Source of the DNA: a virus
IMG/VR virus record: IMGVR_UViG_3300008117_000001
Length of the DNA: 64,000 nt
Reading direction: 5' to 3' (one strand)
Positions 30,001 through 37,842 of the stretch are shown one piece after another (position 1 is the first letter of the stretch; every line of letters begins with the position of its first letter). Under the pieces are notes generated by a model. It was not told the origin of the DNA, searched no databases, and saw nothing but the letters and a program-made list of their open reading frames with translations. The translations under genes and the position numbers were made by a program.

Positions 30001-33000
30001 AGACGGTGGGGTCTTCGAGAACGCTGCAAGTCACTTCAAGGATATTGGAAAATCTGGAAGAAAGTTTTTGGCAAACGAAGGCGAAGTGCCCATGGACGCC
30101 GAAGAATTTGAGGGATTTGTCAATGAGGCTATGGCAGAAGACAGACGATCTTTCGGTGGTGCAACATTTATGGCAAATATGTTCACCCTACTTCAGTATG
30201 AAAGCAAATTCATTTTAAATAATGAACTAACGCTAGTGCCGTCTTCTGGAATATTAGAATTAGATCGTCCTTTAGGCTTCTCAACTTTTATAGACAATAT
30301 GGTTGATGTGGATGGTTTGTCATTTATTGGCGGAGCAACCTCAACATATGTAAGAATGCCCTTACCATCAGTTTACGCAAATAGACCTAGCATATCTCTT
30401 GATCAAGCTGCTCTTTCTCAGTATTCTGTAACTTCTTCTGAAGCGCAAAGAAATGCAGATGATTATTCTTTCGAGTATGAATTGGCAAACCAAATATCAT
30501 ATGAAGAATGGGGTTCACCTGGTGACCTACCGGCTTCTCAACAAACAGCTGCTGAAGCAGAACAATTCTACATAGCGATGAGATGGCCATATAATCCTGG
30601 TAGTGATGATATCAATGTTTCTGACGAGGCCATACAAAAGTTTAAAGAAAAATATAATTTTACAGATTTGTATGGAACAGCACAAGATTATAAAAATAGA
30701 AAAGTCTTAGTAGTTAGCCCTAGAACTAATAGAGCTGTTGTATGCGCTCCGGCATACTTCCTTTGGGGCGAAGATGATGATGACACAGCAGCTGTTGTTT
30801 CACCCGACGCCGCCTGGTATTTGGGCAACTTTGTATCTAAAGACCTAAGTTTTAAATTGTCAGCTGATGAAGAGGAAACAAGTATATTAGATCAGCTTCC
30901 GTCATGGATTAACACTACACTAAGCGCAGTACAGGCTGTTGGTGATTTTAAAAATAATTTGATAGGTTACGCCGGTAAAGTTTTAAGCTTTACCAGCGGT
31001 GCCGGCATTATAGGAAGTAAGATAGCTAACAGATTAGGTGTATCTATTTTTGGCAACGAAGATGAGCTAAATTACGAAAACGAAAGTGGCTTATCTATAA
31101 ACCCGCAACCAGTAGAGTGTCTCTTTGCCTTTGTTCCAGATGATGTTCCTGTAGGCGTTGTATCTTCCTCTGCAGCTCCTATCAAAAAGTTTAAAGCAAA
31201 AGACGGCCCCTCAATGGCTGATAGCATGATTCTTGGATTTGGAAATTATACAATGACAGAAGATGGCCAACTTGCTGAATTAACAGCAAGGAAAGCTAAT
31301 GCTCAAGATCTTAGAAATGAACTAGGTGGAGGTATTAGTTCAAGATTTGTAATTTATGATAAAGATTTAGTGGATCCACCAAATATATTCTCAGAATGGG
31401 TTCCAGTAAATGCTGAGATCTCTTCTAGTAGATTTGATTTTGGCGGTAATGCGTTAGCCGTACCAGATGGAAGAGATAAACCATTCTCTGGTTATTTTAA
31501 TACTTTGTTAGAAATATCTAGCTTTAGTGATGTTTCAAATATTGATCAGTCTGTTCTTGATGGCGAAGTTGCCGACATGATTGGTGATAGCTCTTTGTCT
31601 AGACAGTATTTGTATTCTATTTTGGATGAAGAATTATCAACAACTGGAGATGTAGATTCCGCCAAAGGAAGAGCTGCATTCTTAAGTGTGTATGATCCAT
31701 TGGATTCTGTTGGAGTAGAAGCTAGATCTTATTATGATGAGAATTTTGACCCTAATGTTTCGGTCATAGCTGGTGATGGAAGAAATCTTAGTGAAGCAAA
31801 TGACATATGGGATCAATTTAGATTTGGATATCACACATACGATAGCGTTAAGGGAATATTTGCAAAAGTTTACGGAATGGATCCAGAGTCCATTGATCCT
31901 TTCCCAGAAGAGTTTTCTAGAATATTAGGATCTTCTATTGAGGATAGTTTTAAAAACTTTGAGGATTCGAACATTCCAATTGCTGGACTGGCTGATACCG
32001 AAAATACAGCTGTCGATGAATTAGCAATCCTGCTGGGCGCTGACTATTTTAATATTCCAAACAATCCACAACTAGGTGGGCAAGGCGTTCCTATAACTAA
32101 TGCAATTGAAAGAAGAAAAGCAGTAGAGTTTATAAGAAAAAATTATATAGATTTAATAGCCGCAGAAAACGAGTCAGACGCCGGAATCATTCAATACTTT
32201 AACTCAACAATTGCTGATGCACTTAATGGTATTAGAGAAAACTTTTTTGACTCTCCAGTAATTAATACAATTCTTGAATACGCGTTAGATAATTCCAAAA
32301 AACCAGAAGAAGCCATTGCTCTAAATGAAAAAATTAAAACTCCAAAACAGCTTTTCCTTTTAATGGTTGGTTTATTTAGGCAAAAGCTTTGGAACTCAGC
32401 CTATGGCAGAGCATGGTTGGTTTTGAAGCCTAACCGTAAAAGAGGTTTAATTACGAGTGGAGGCGGAGGATCTGACGGTCAGTGGTCATTCAAACCTATC
32501 GATAGGATATTTGAGGCTTTCATAAATCCATATAGCCAGTACGCTAAGGATGACAATAAGTTCCTTCAATTATTAGTTTCAACAAAATCTGAGGGAACTG
32601 GTGCTACGACATTTATTTCTGGAACACTTGAAGATATTGGTAATTTCTACGATAGAAATATCGGACCAATTATGACCGCAATAGGTGACGGTCTTTCTGG
32701 TCTTCTTGGAATGTTCAAGCTTTCCATGATGCAAATGGGTTATGCCATCTCAGAGGTTGGCAATTTTAGTAAGCAAGCACATATTTTAAACAAAGTTCTG
32801 AATGACTCTATTTATTATTCATTAGGAAGAGAGGGCACCTTATTAAGGGCTGTTGATAATCCGTTTACTCGCGAATATGGCGAACCCGTATTGGAAATCA
32901 GACAGCCCTTCCAAAGAATCCATTATCTAAGTTCATTTTCTCATATTATATCAAATCAGATTCAAGAGAATTTGAATGGCGTGTCAACCGTAGTTACCGC

Positions 33001-35128
33001 AGTTTCAGATGGTAAATATCCAATTACAGTAGCTTTAGATAAAGGTGCTCCAGCAGAGCGTCAAACTGAAAAAACTGTTGAAACAGGTTTGTATTATGAT
33101 AATTTTGTAGGATCAGGTTTCTTGGGCGTACTTCATCCAATCATGCATCCAATGGAAACGATTAGAGGAATTGCGAAGAATGTTCAAGGAACACCTGATG
33201 AACTTTCCGCAAAAAGAATAGCCTTAGCTCACTTGAAGGAATCCATCAAAGATATATATGGTGGAGAGCTCATAGTTATAGGTAATGCAGATATTCGTCC
33301 GCATGACTTGGTTTATTTGTCAGATGTTTACGAAAGAATGTATGGAATTTTTGAGGTAGAGCAAGTTGTCCATCATTTTACTCCCGAAATGGGATACATT
33401 ACATCAATTACTCCGAATGCGCTTGTGACCGTAAATGATCCCGCTAGATGGTTCTTGACTTCTTGGATCAACTCTTGGTTCACTGTGCAAAATCTTAGAA
33501 ATGATACACGTTTCTACATGGATAATATAATGGCCTCAAATACTGGAATAAATGTAGGAGGAAATATATCTATAGATGGACTATCAGACGCTTTAGGCCC
33601 ACAAATGATTGGCGGTCTGCAGTTTACTCACGGATCTACGGCTTTAGTTAAAGATGTAATGGCAAATCAAACTGCTACGACTCTTCCAAAAAGAGCAGAA
33701 ACTGTCATTCAACAATATGGTTCTTCTGCGAGTAGAACAGTTTTTCAGGGAATGACAACGGCGCTAACTGGTGGCGTAGGCGTTGCCGCTGCGGCGGCGG
33801 GAGCTGGAGCAACTGGTGCAGCCGGTTTCGGAATTGCTTTGTCGGTACCGATAGTTGGCCAATTGGCATGGAAGGGATGGAAATGGATTAGGGATAATGT
33901 GCTAGATCAACACGGCTGCTATGTCCAATACCTAAATAAAAATGGTCAACCAATGGATGCAGGCTTATCCTACAATCAGGGAATGGTCGTTGGCAAGCAC
34001 CACTCTAAAGTATTGCTACCTGGACTTCTCGGCGCAAGAACTAAGGTTAGAACTCCAGAAGGAAATGTTTTTGTTAGAAGTGATGATCTCCTTAAGAGTC
34101 TTGGCTGGCAAGAAAAGCAGATAACAGATCTAGTTAGATACATAGACTATGAAAATGCTCTTGTTCATGCAAGGGTGTTGCAGTTGAGTGGCTTGGGGCC
34201 AGATAGAACTGATTTACAGCCATCATTATTTAGCGTTATCGCTAAGATAACTAAATTCAAAGATGGTGACACGTTTGATGTAGAAGATGTTATCTCTGGT
34301 GCAACATTTACCGTAAGATTTGATGGCATAAACTCAGGCGAAACAAATACATTTACCGTTACCTCAAATGATGGTGATCTAGGAGTAAGTTATAGCGATT
34401 CTTCGACCCCTTCAACAACAATGACATCAATTACTACTCCTGGAGGTAAAGCCAAAATATTTGTTCAGTCTAAATTGGAAAATAGATTGGTTGTTTTAAG
34501 AATAAGAATAAGTAACGCTGCGTCCAGCTCTGTTATATCTGAGTCAGATTTTGAAGCTGGCGCTGAACAAAATACTGTAGCTAATTATACCAAAGATGTT
34601 ACAGACTCAAAGAGAACTCTTGGAACAGTATGGTATTACCAGCCAGAGTCGATAGTTCAGTCGGCAAAGGACTTTGTAGAAAGCTGCTTTATAGGGAACC
34701 AAACTGGTGCTGGAGCCGAGCAAAAAATTAAGGATTCTTTCTTTAATTCAATATATCAAGATTCTCCCCTTTTCGTGAAAAAAGAATCTATATTGAGCGC
34801 ATTGTCCGTATTAGGGTTAGTTTATACTGCTCCAATATCCGTCTTGCTTGATACGAGTGTTAGATATGGATTAACAAATCAGCAGACAAATAAACTATAT
34901 AATGATTTAGTTCAATATAAAGTTCTAGAAGCTACTTACAATAAGACAAGAGAGTGGCCTACTATATTCTGGGACGAGTATTATGAAGACGGACATGCAG
35001 TTACCTTGAACTGGGAACTAGTAACAAATAATCTCGCTACAGTATACGCAAAGCAGCTACAAATAGAAGGCGATGCGGTGATTAGTGCAGAGGAATCGGC
35101 TTTGATTCCTAGAAGAATCGGTAGTTAA
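24008..35128 (+). CDS. Giant baseplate hub/tail-tip fusion (3706 aa): two tube/Dit-like domains, gp27/gpD-like hub with large insertion, hydrophobic hairpin, C-terminal SNase-like domain
   Basis: IRLKPGVRVHLRVGYG...VFNGVITNVEQGEIVTVTAQS (about 28270-28410), TVWDLFQVCARLLPNY (about 29360) and GELIVIGNADIRPHDLVYL...FEVEQVVHHF...GYITSITP (about 33260-33416) are hub blocks. KDGDTF...VRFDGINSGE (34259-34342) is a thermonuclease signature. Confidence 0.75.
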   Translation: MSNVEQSENEGEQNLNSSDPLSYDYSQKAFMNMMMIGPLGLTGSIDDITGNPLEAIERFFSITRPDVIPDLKNFDDPGGAEDFKSDTDNYQKRIEATSRVFTSGGTLSSLVDDGALLINLYKRLESTGLLYLASFAYEISEFGKKRLQNVYMTQKSLDYHVDPAVDTQWLTLLSQVVYSLQADPISFSIINHYLPGLMTFVFDALAVTGDYSNAGKGGGREDTLNREEDAIEELEKAFGVAPNGEPIFTMAFRINGGNTSARIRKAIEDFPFRANIPPKKPDIFHLRLGAANFYVPPISVTVNSAFKTGSLTGGAIRQRNTPKYNAGYKETSISLRLFFPNYQEIWGMHISDASSINLKENFKIDFKSSGDSEEKIDKFLSSLRGLIAAFKYSPILPIKNDYINSVHGITAVALSSMSISTVPNYPFSLMVDLELLSYNHKPFLPMVKDFNQAIHWGKYRQYMGKAAGAMHKYANESFLLKTSDNRNSEESEDNTGLIRSGDYIYQTSPYGSSVTSESAIVDSSLTDDTVELLNTYENDVLYTNIVSQWRDGSNLTFYTPAETQTKMFLPDTTSFRSEQEKILDQQSYGLWNGLLAKFGIEISPNTPAIKDINQVKSLSLEPTFASSTATFVRQAVDIMTAGVSQSDYRAGIYRYKMQSFISSNLIKLSAEEKEWLLKYLSPDEMPYDADYFSQYPTEGSYILNDPVFNDENDNVSLNFIKRSIWNSVFQSGNIIDTLVIEEVERRKVLGVEIAVPDEEKVRQQVTDAFMLSLYNRFFSDGYVQNLMEAKRLREGDYHFQEWEVPMNRVDLDPKKAIVNGVSISLGNNLAKLQVQMQDEPTYQYIGGKDSYVNISMTVFGERELYKIRAIFDHINSLARLEHSTGVIGFLGMKNIITALCGIKYVIPLNFKVDTIPNYPHVYNVQLSLVDFDIFQQQREKLSSKQQSDFIEHFGSKRNPFLRIKQLWGAFNAYPDMPLEVRDKNDEVVGNLDPDFYFRSFEMFDKDVINNFIYQPDITKEFKFDYSDDWAKLGDARAIEIRKNQVKNRITDFLRRYAYRDVGSEPFAAAQRASNNQTLINEIISYVNSSGISVHNFVSLFQEVIQTQTSEFETSEKQGLLTDYIFIAAQSTEDSPVFEEIVGAGYSVGNLKYTSAETLNLIKEVLSDSHLANETEVSFNPDEVDFHKVIYMIPATNPQESGSESEVPAMMQSALGTHFGYINKDNGRFYLTVDGSNVHIDDNGNKRLAENHIEDTQTPDRGCTNTLTGVEGVQSLDKYQKAYDGSFGGHIQKMMNDVQYRDISGRMIRAFPTYMLWLIDEGGFFAGVKLFDNFYGMQSIVDFSVVSSEDLLGDTLIFRVSNMYSKLTTRPSTEIFNSRDNQPSDAPIDFTQGIESILDRTLNIAKNIVSGMRNDYVIDINNIRLKPGVRVHLRVGYGANPNSLQTVFNGVITNVEQGEIVTVTAQSDAIELGAIVNSTNKKGDTGKIDGGIDTGMYLSEPRDLMVRLLSMGASRFREAFARATNGTVFSENRFGIRHFGSTLYEPLSESERARADGIRNVVASVYSNLGQGDVGGAANAASFKLATNVFTNNPVSTFFGDGRIMTSMGQLMSNFCAEVDLEIFKRNIYPGNGTGFAQFLGGDIDDGWLTASSLVEQDDKKLKGQGYLERGVDRSWNRLIVEAQNESVSARTAIGTMTAGNKLVAAEGRANATKNILMGGLAGSIGLIPGVSFAAGAGISGGGLFGILRGRGGTNFFRLMGIIAPNADDDLPGFDEVSFRAQTYMRTVWDLFQVCARLLPNYIVAIRPFEDRSTIFYGKPHWLYTSGVVPVTTGFPSTERGSELSLPGYPKYRSPDEDIENIMNNINKSSNTLADYEAFKRSNELSDTMASLASDQLNSEGVYKPTAFLKEKIINFNSPLAATFSETQQDGSTKIVAKLPTVVGLTRVGFHLPVGDPTTTIAQAGDNHAQLDNLPPRFRYPFYTINETVILDTTSYTVRDGGVFENAASHFKDIGKSGRKFLANEGEVPMDAEEFEGFVNEAMAEDRRSFGGATFMANMFTLLQYESKFILNNELTLVPSSGILELDRPLGFSTFIDNMVDVDGLSFIGGATSTYVRMPLPSVYANRPSISLDQAALSQYSVTSSEAQRNADDYSFEYELANQISYEEWGSPGDLPASQQTAAEAEQFYIAMRWPYNPGSDDINVSDEAIQKFKEKYNFTDLYGTAQDYKNRKVLVVSPRTNRAVVCAPAYFLWGEDDDDTAAVVSPDAAWYLGNFVSKDLSFKLSADEEETSILDQLPSWINTTLSAVQAVGDFKNNLIGYAGKVLSFTSGAGIIGSKIANRLGVSIFGNEDELNYENESGLSINPQPVECLFAFVPDDVPVGVVSSSAAPIKKFKAKDGPSMADSMILGFGNYTMTEDGQLAELTARKANAQDLRNELGGGISSRFVIYDKDLVDPPNIFSEWVPVNAEISSSRFDFGGNALAVPDGRDKPFSGYFNTLLEISSFSDVSNIDQSVLDGEVADMIGDSSLSRQYLYSILDEELSTTGDVDSAKGRAAFLSVYDPLDSVGVEARSYYDENFDPNVSVIAGDGRNLSEANDIWDQFRFGYHTYDSVKGIFAKVYGMDPESIDPFPEEFSRILGSSIEDSFKNFEDSNIPIAGLADTENTAVDELAILLGADYFNIPNNPQLGGQGVPITNAIERRKAVEFIRKNYIDLIAAENESDAGIIQYFNSTIADALNGIRENFFDSPVINTILEYALDNSKKPEEAIALNEKIKTPKQLFLLMVGLFRQKLWNSAYGRAWLVLKPNRKRGLITSGGGGSDGQWSFKPIDRIFEAFINPYSQYAKDDNKFLQLLVSTKSEGTGATTFISGTLEDIGNFYDRNIGPIMTAIGDGLSGLLGMFKLSMMQMGYAISEVGNFSKQAHILNKVLNDSIYYSLGREGTLLRAVDNPFTREYGEPVLEIRQPFQRIHYLSSFSHIISNQIQENLNGVSTVVTAVSDGKYPITVALDKGAPAERQTEKTVETGLYYDNFVGSGFLGVLHPIMHPMETIRGIAKNVQGTPDELSAKRIALAHLKESIKDIYGGELIVIGNADIRPHDLVYLSDVYERMYGIFEVEQVVHHFTPEMGYITSITPNALVTVNDPARWFLTSWINSWFTVQNLRNDTRFYMDNIMASNTGINVGGNISIDGLSDALGPQMIGGLQFTHGSTALVKDVMANQTATTLPKRAETVIQQYGSSASRTVFQGMTTALTGGVGVAAAAAGAGATGAAGFGIALSVPIVGQLAWKGWKWIRDNVLDQHGCYVQYLNKNGQPMDAGLSYNQGMVVGKHHSKVLLPGLLGARTKVRTPEGNVFVRSDDLLKSLGWQEKQITDLVRYIDYENALVHARVLQLSGLGPDRTDLQPSLFSVIAKITKFKDGDTFDVEDVISGATFTVRFDGINSGETNTFTVTSNDGDLGVSYSDSSTPSTTMTSITTPGGKAKIFVQSKLENRLVVLRIRISNAASSSVISESDFEAGAEQNTVANYTKDVTDSKRTLGTVWYYQPESIVQSAKDFVESCFIGNQTGAGAEQKIKDSFFNSIYQDSPLFVKKESILSALSVLGLVYTAPISVLLDTSVRYGLTNQQTNKLYNDLVQYKVLEATYNKTREWPTIFWDEYYEDGHAVTLNWELVTNNLATVYAKQLQIEGDAVISAEESALIPRRIGS

Positions 35129-35137
35129 GGATAAATT

Positions 35138-37462
35138 ATGTCTTTTAGTATAAATGCGCAATCCCTTTCTGATAGTGCCTCTTTTGCAAAAACAATACAT
35201 GGTGATTTTTATCCTGGCGGAAAATCGCCAGTCCTCAATACCAGTGCTTCATTAGCTCCTCCCGCTACGGGTAGGACCTTAAGTTCATTTGATGTGACTG
35301 GAGTTATGGCAGGAGACCTTCTTAATAGAAGTAAAAAGTATCCAATAGCAGCGATGAATGCAAGCATATCTGGATCTTTAAATGGGCTAATTACAGGCGG
35401 AGCTGCAGCTGCATCTGCTACTACTCCTGAAAATGCCACAATCTCAATACCTAATCCGGAAGCAACAGATTTTAGTGTTGACGGAGAAGGTAATCCAACT
35501 GGCTCAAATAATGCAACCTTAACAGGAGCCGCCGCATGGAATAAAATTTTGTCAAAAAGTATGGTTGGAAAAAACATTGGAAATACTTTTGTGGAAAATT
35601 CCTTGCAAATTATAAGAAACACAATGATCTCTTCATCACAGGATGATGATCCATCTGATAACAATAGGGGTTCTGGCGGTTCTGGCTCTCCGGGAATAGG
35701 CGAGATGCAGAGTGCGGGAAGAAGAGATGTAGCCTTAATAGCGGAACTTACATTAGAGGAAAAGGGATGGTATCAGGAAAGGTTGACTTTATTAAGATCT
35801 AAATATGAGTCACAAATAAGTGACGATAGCTCTATGGGCGGATTTAGATTTGATATTCCAAATGAGTGGGCAGCTGATCCGAGAGATGTTTATAACGGTT
35901 CCTCGACTCATTTTCCTGATTCTAAGGTAGATAGTAGTCAAAGAATTCTGAGCGACGATCTCATACTACAATCGCCCACACTCGGAATATCAAATGCCTT
36001 TCTATCCGCAGCTCTAATAGAATTGTTAATACTTCTGCACGAAAAGAACTATTATATAGCAGGTGGATTTGGCGCAGGAAGAGACCCTAATCAACCTCAA
36101 TACATTAAGCCAGATAAATTTACCCCAGGAGATCACACTTTTGGTAGAGCTATAGATATACGAGAAGTCGGAAGAATAAATGAAGAATCCTTTAATGTTG
36201 AGACAACTAACGGCACTCCAAATCACGTTCCTGTATACGGCTCTGCCCTGGATATCTTAATAGAGGCGTTATCAGAGGTTCCACAATATTTAATCCCAGA
36301 TTCAATTGTTGTTAGTGATAAATTAGACTTGGGAATTATAGATGGTCTAGAGCCAGTTACTGCAGCTATTAAATTAAATAGGCCATACTTACAGTACTTG
36401 AACTTCCATGCGGACTCTAACCACAGGGATCATATACATTTAAGTTTTAGTGGAATGAGAGCCGGAAAATATGTTGGCCCAGGTGGAGCTATGACTATTT
36501 CAGCAACAAACGTAACATCTCGTCCGTCAAACCTAAGCGGTAGTGCAGACAGCCTGGAAAGACAGATTGAAAAACAGATGCGAGGTGGCGGATATGGTGG
36601 TTCTGGATCTAGCCCTGCAGATATGTTAGATGCAAACTATTATGGCCAATGGGATTTTAGTCTTGGACTAGAAGGAGTGTATGATGTGTTAACTCAAACC
36701 TGGTGCTCGCCGGAACTAGCAGCCTGTCTCGCTGCCGTTGCGGTTAGAGAGAGTAATTGCAGACCTACAGGGTTTTATATTGGTGATGACGATTTTATTT
36801 CTTTAGGATTTTTGCAGATCAATATGGGTGCGGGTGGCTACAAAAGATATTCTGAAACTAACAAAAAGTATGGAAGATATGATGGATTGGCTCACGGAAC
36901 TAAGACATATGAGTTAACAAATGCAACTGGCAAAACGCAAATGCAGGGGTGGCTTATTGCTTCAGCAAACTGGAGTTTGGTTTATCCTGGAGAAACAGTC
37001 CCAACTCAAGATACTTATAATAAAATGATAAATGATAAATACTACCTTTCTTTATTTTATAATGGGGGAGTTAAAAATAAAGTAATAGAAGAAATGAGGC
37101 CACTAGTTGATAGAAGGGTTTGGATACCTAGAAATCAAGCGTGGATGGCTTATACTGCGCGTACTGGTAAGCTTCCAGCCTTTGGTGATCCAAAGCTTGA
37201 TGGGTATCAGTTCCAGGTATGGGGAGACGGGTACAAAGATTATGGCTGGATGAATGGTGGCGTAAAGTTTCAGGACGCAGCAGATATTTATTCTGATAGA
37301 ACAGGAAAAACAGCAGCAGATCTTAAGACATGGTTAAGGAATGTATATGCGACTGATCCATCCGTCTTCTTGCCAATAGTTGCTAATTCCTCAGCTAAAT
37401 ATATAGAAAGATGGATGAATGGAGAAGTTTTTCCAAGAAATTATGCAAACGGAGATAGCTAG
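35138..37462 (+). CDS. Tail-associated lysin: M15/LAS-type Zn peptidase plus lytic transglycosylase (SLT-like)
   Basis: H-x6-D motif HTFGRAID (36134-36157) with HxH HIH (36431-36439); then AVAVRES (catalytic E at 36749) and SLGFLQIN (36800-36823) of the lysozyme-like fold. Confidence 0.75.
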   Translation: MSFSINAQSLSDSASFAKTIHGDFYPGGKSPVLNTSASLAPPATGRTLSSFDVTGVMAGDLLNRSKKYPIAAMNASISGSLNGLITGGAAAASATTPENATISIPNPEATDFSVDGEGNPTGSNNATLTGAAAWNKILSKSMVGKNIGNTFVENSLQIIRNTMISSSQDDDPSDNNRGSGGSGSPGIGEMQSAGRRDVALIAELTLEEKGWYQERLTLLRSKYESQISDDSSMGGFRFDIPNEWAADPRDVYNGSSTHFPDSKVDSSQRILSDDLILQSPTLGISNAFLSAALIELLILLHEKNYYIAGGFGAGRDPNQPQYIKPDKFTPGDHTFGRAIDIREVGRINEESFNVETTNGTPNHVPVYGSALDILIEALSEVPQYLIPDSIVVSDKLDLGIIDGLEPVTAAIKLNRPYLQYLNFHADSNHRDHIHLSFSGMRAGKYVGPGGAMTISATNVTSRPSNLSGSADSLERQIEKQMRGGGYGGSGSSPADMLDANYYGQWDFSLGLEGVYDVLTQTWCSPELAACLAAVAVRESNCRPTGFYIGDDDFISLGFLQINMGAGGYKRYSETNKKYGRYDGLAHGTKTYELTNATGKTQMQGWLIASANWSLVYPGETVPTQDTYNKMINDKYYLSLFYNGGVKNKVIEEMRPLVDRRVWIPRNQAWMAYTARTGKLPAFGDPKLDGYQFQVWGDGYKDYGWMNGGVKFQDAADIYSDRTGKTAADLKTWLRNVYATDPSVFLPIVANSSAKYIERWMNGEVFPRNYANGDS

Positions 37463-37470
37463 GAGAAAAA

Positions 37471-37842
37471 ATGCCAGTTAATTACCCTAAATTTGACAAA
37501 AAAATACAAGACCAAATAGATGTAACGGAAATGCAAAAGGCCAGAAGTAGGCCCGGAGTCATTGCATCTTATGATAAGCGTCAAAACACAGCCGTTGTAA
37601 TACTTGAAGACCAGTACTCCCAGAATATTGGTAATGTTATAAAAAACGTAGTTTGTCCAGTAACCAATGGTGTTCAATCTGTCGCCCCAACACCAGGAAA
37701 CAGGTGCCTAGTGGGATTTCGCGACAACAATGAAGCTAAGCCATATATTATAAATTTCTACAACGATGCGGGAAATATGGGCAGCTATAGATATTACAAT
37801 ACTGTTAACACTGGAATACCCAATTTTATGGTCTGCTCATGA
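37471..37842 (+). CDS. Baseplate spike OB-fold domain (gpV/gp5 N-terminal-like)
   Basis: RPGVIASYDKRQNTAVVIL...KNVVCPV...SVAPTPGNRCLVGFRDNNEAKPYIINF matches the OB-fold pattern of spike proteins (P-x-x-G-x-x-V-L-V-x-F). Confidence 0.7.
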   Translation: MPVNYPKFDKKIQDQIDVTEMQKARSRPGVIASYDKRQNTAVVILEDQYSQNIGNVIKNVVCPVTNGVQSVAPTPGNRCLVGFRDNNEAKPYIINFYNDAGNMGSYRYYNTVNTGIPNFMVCS

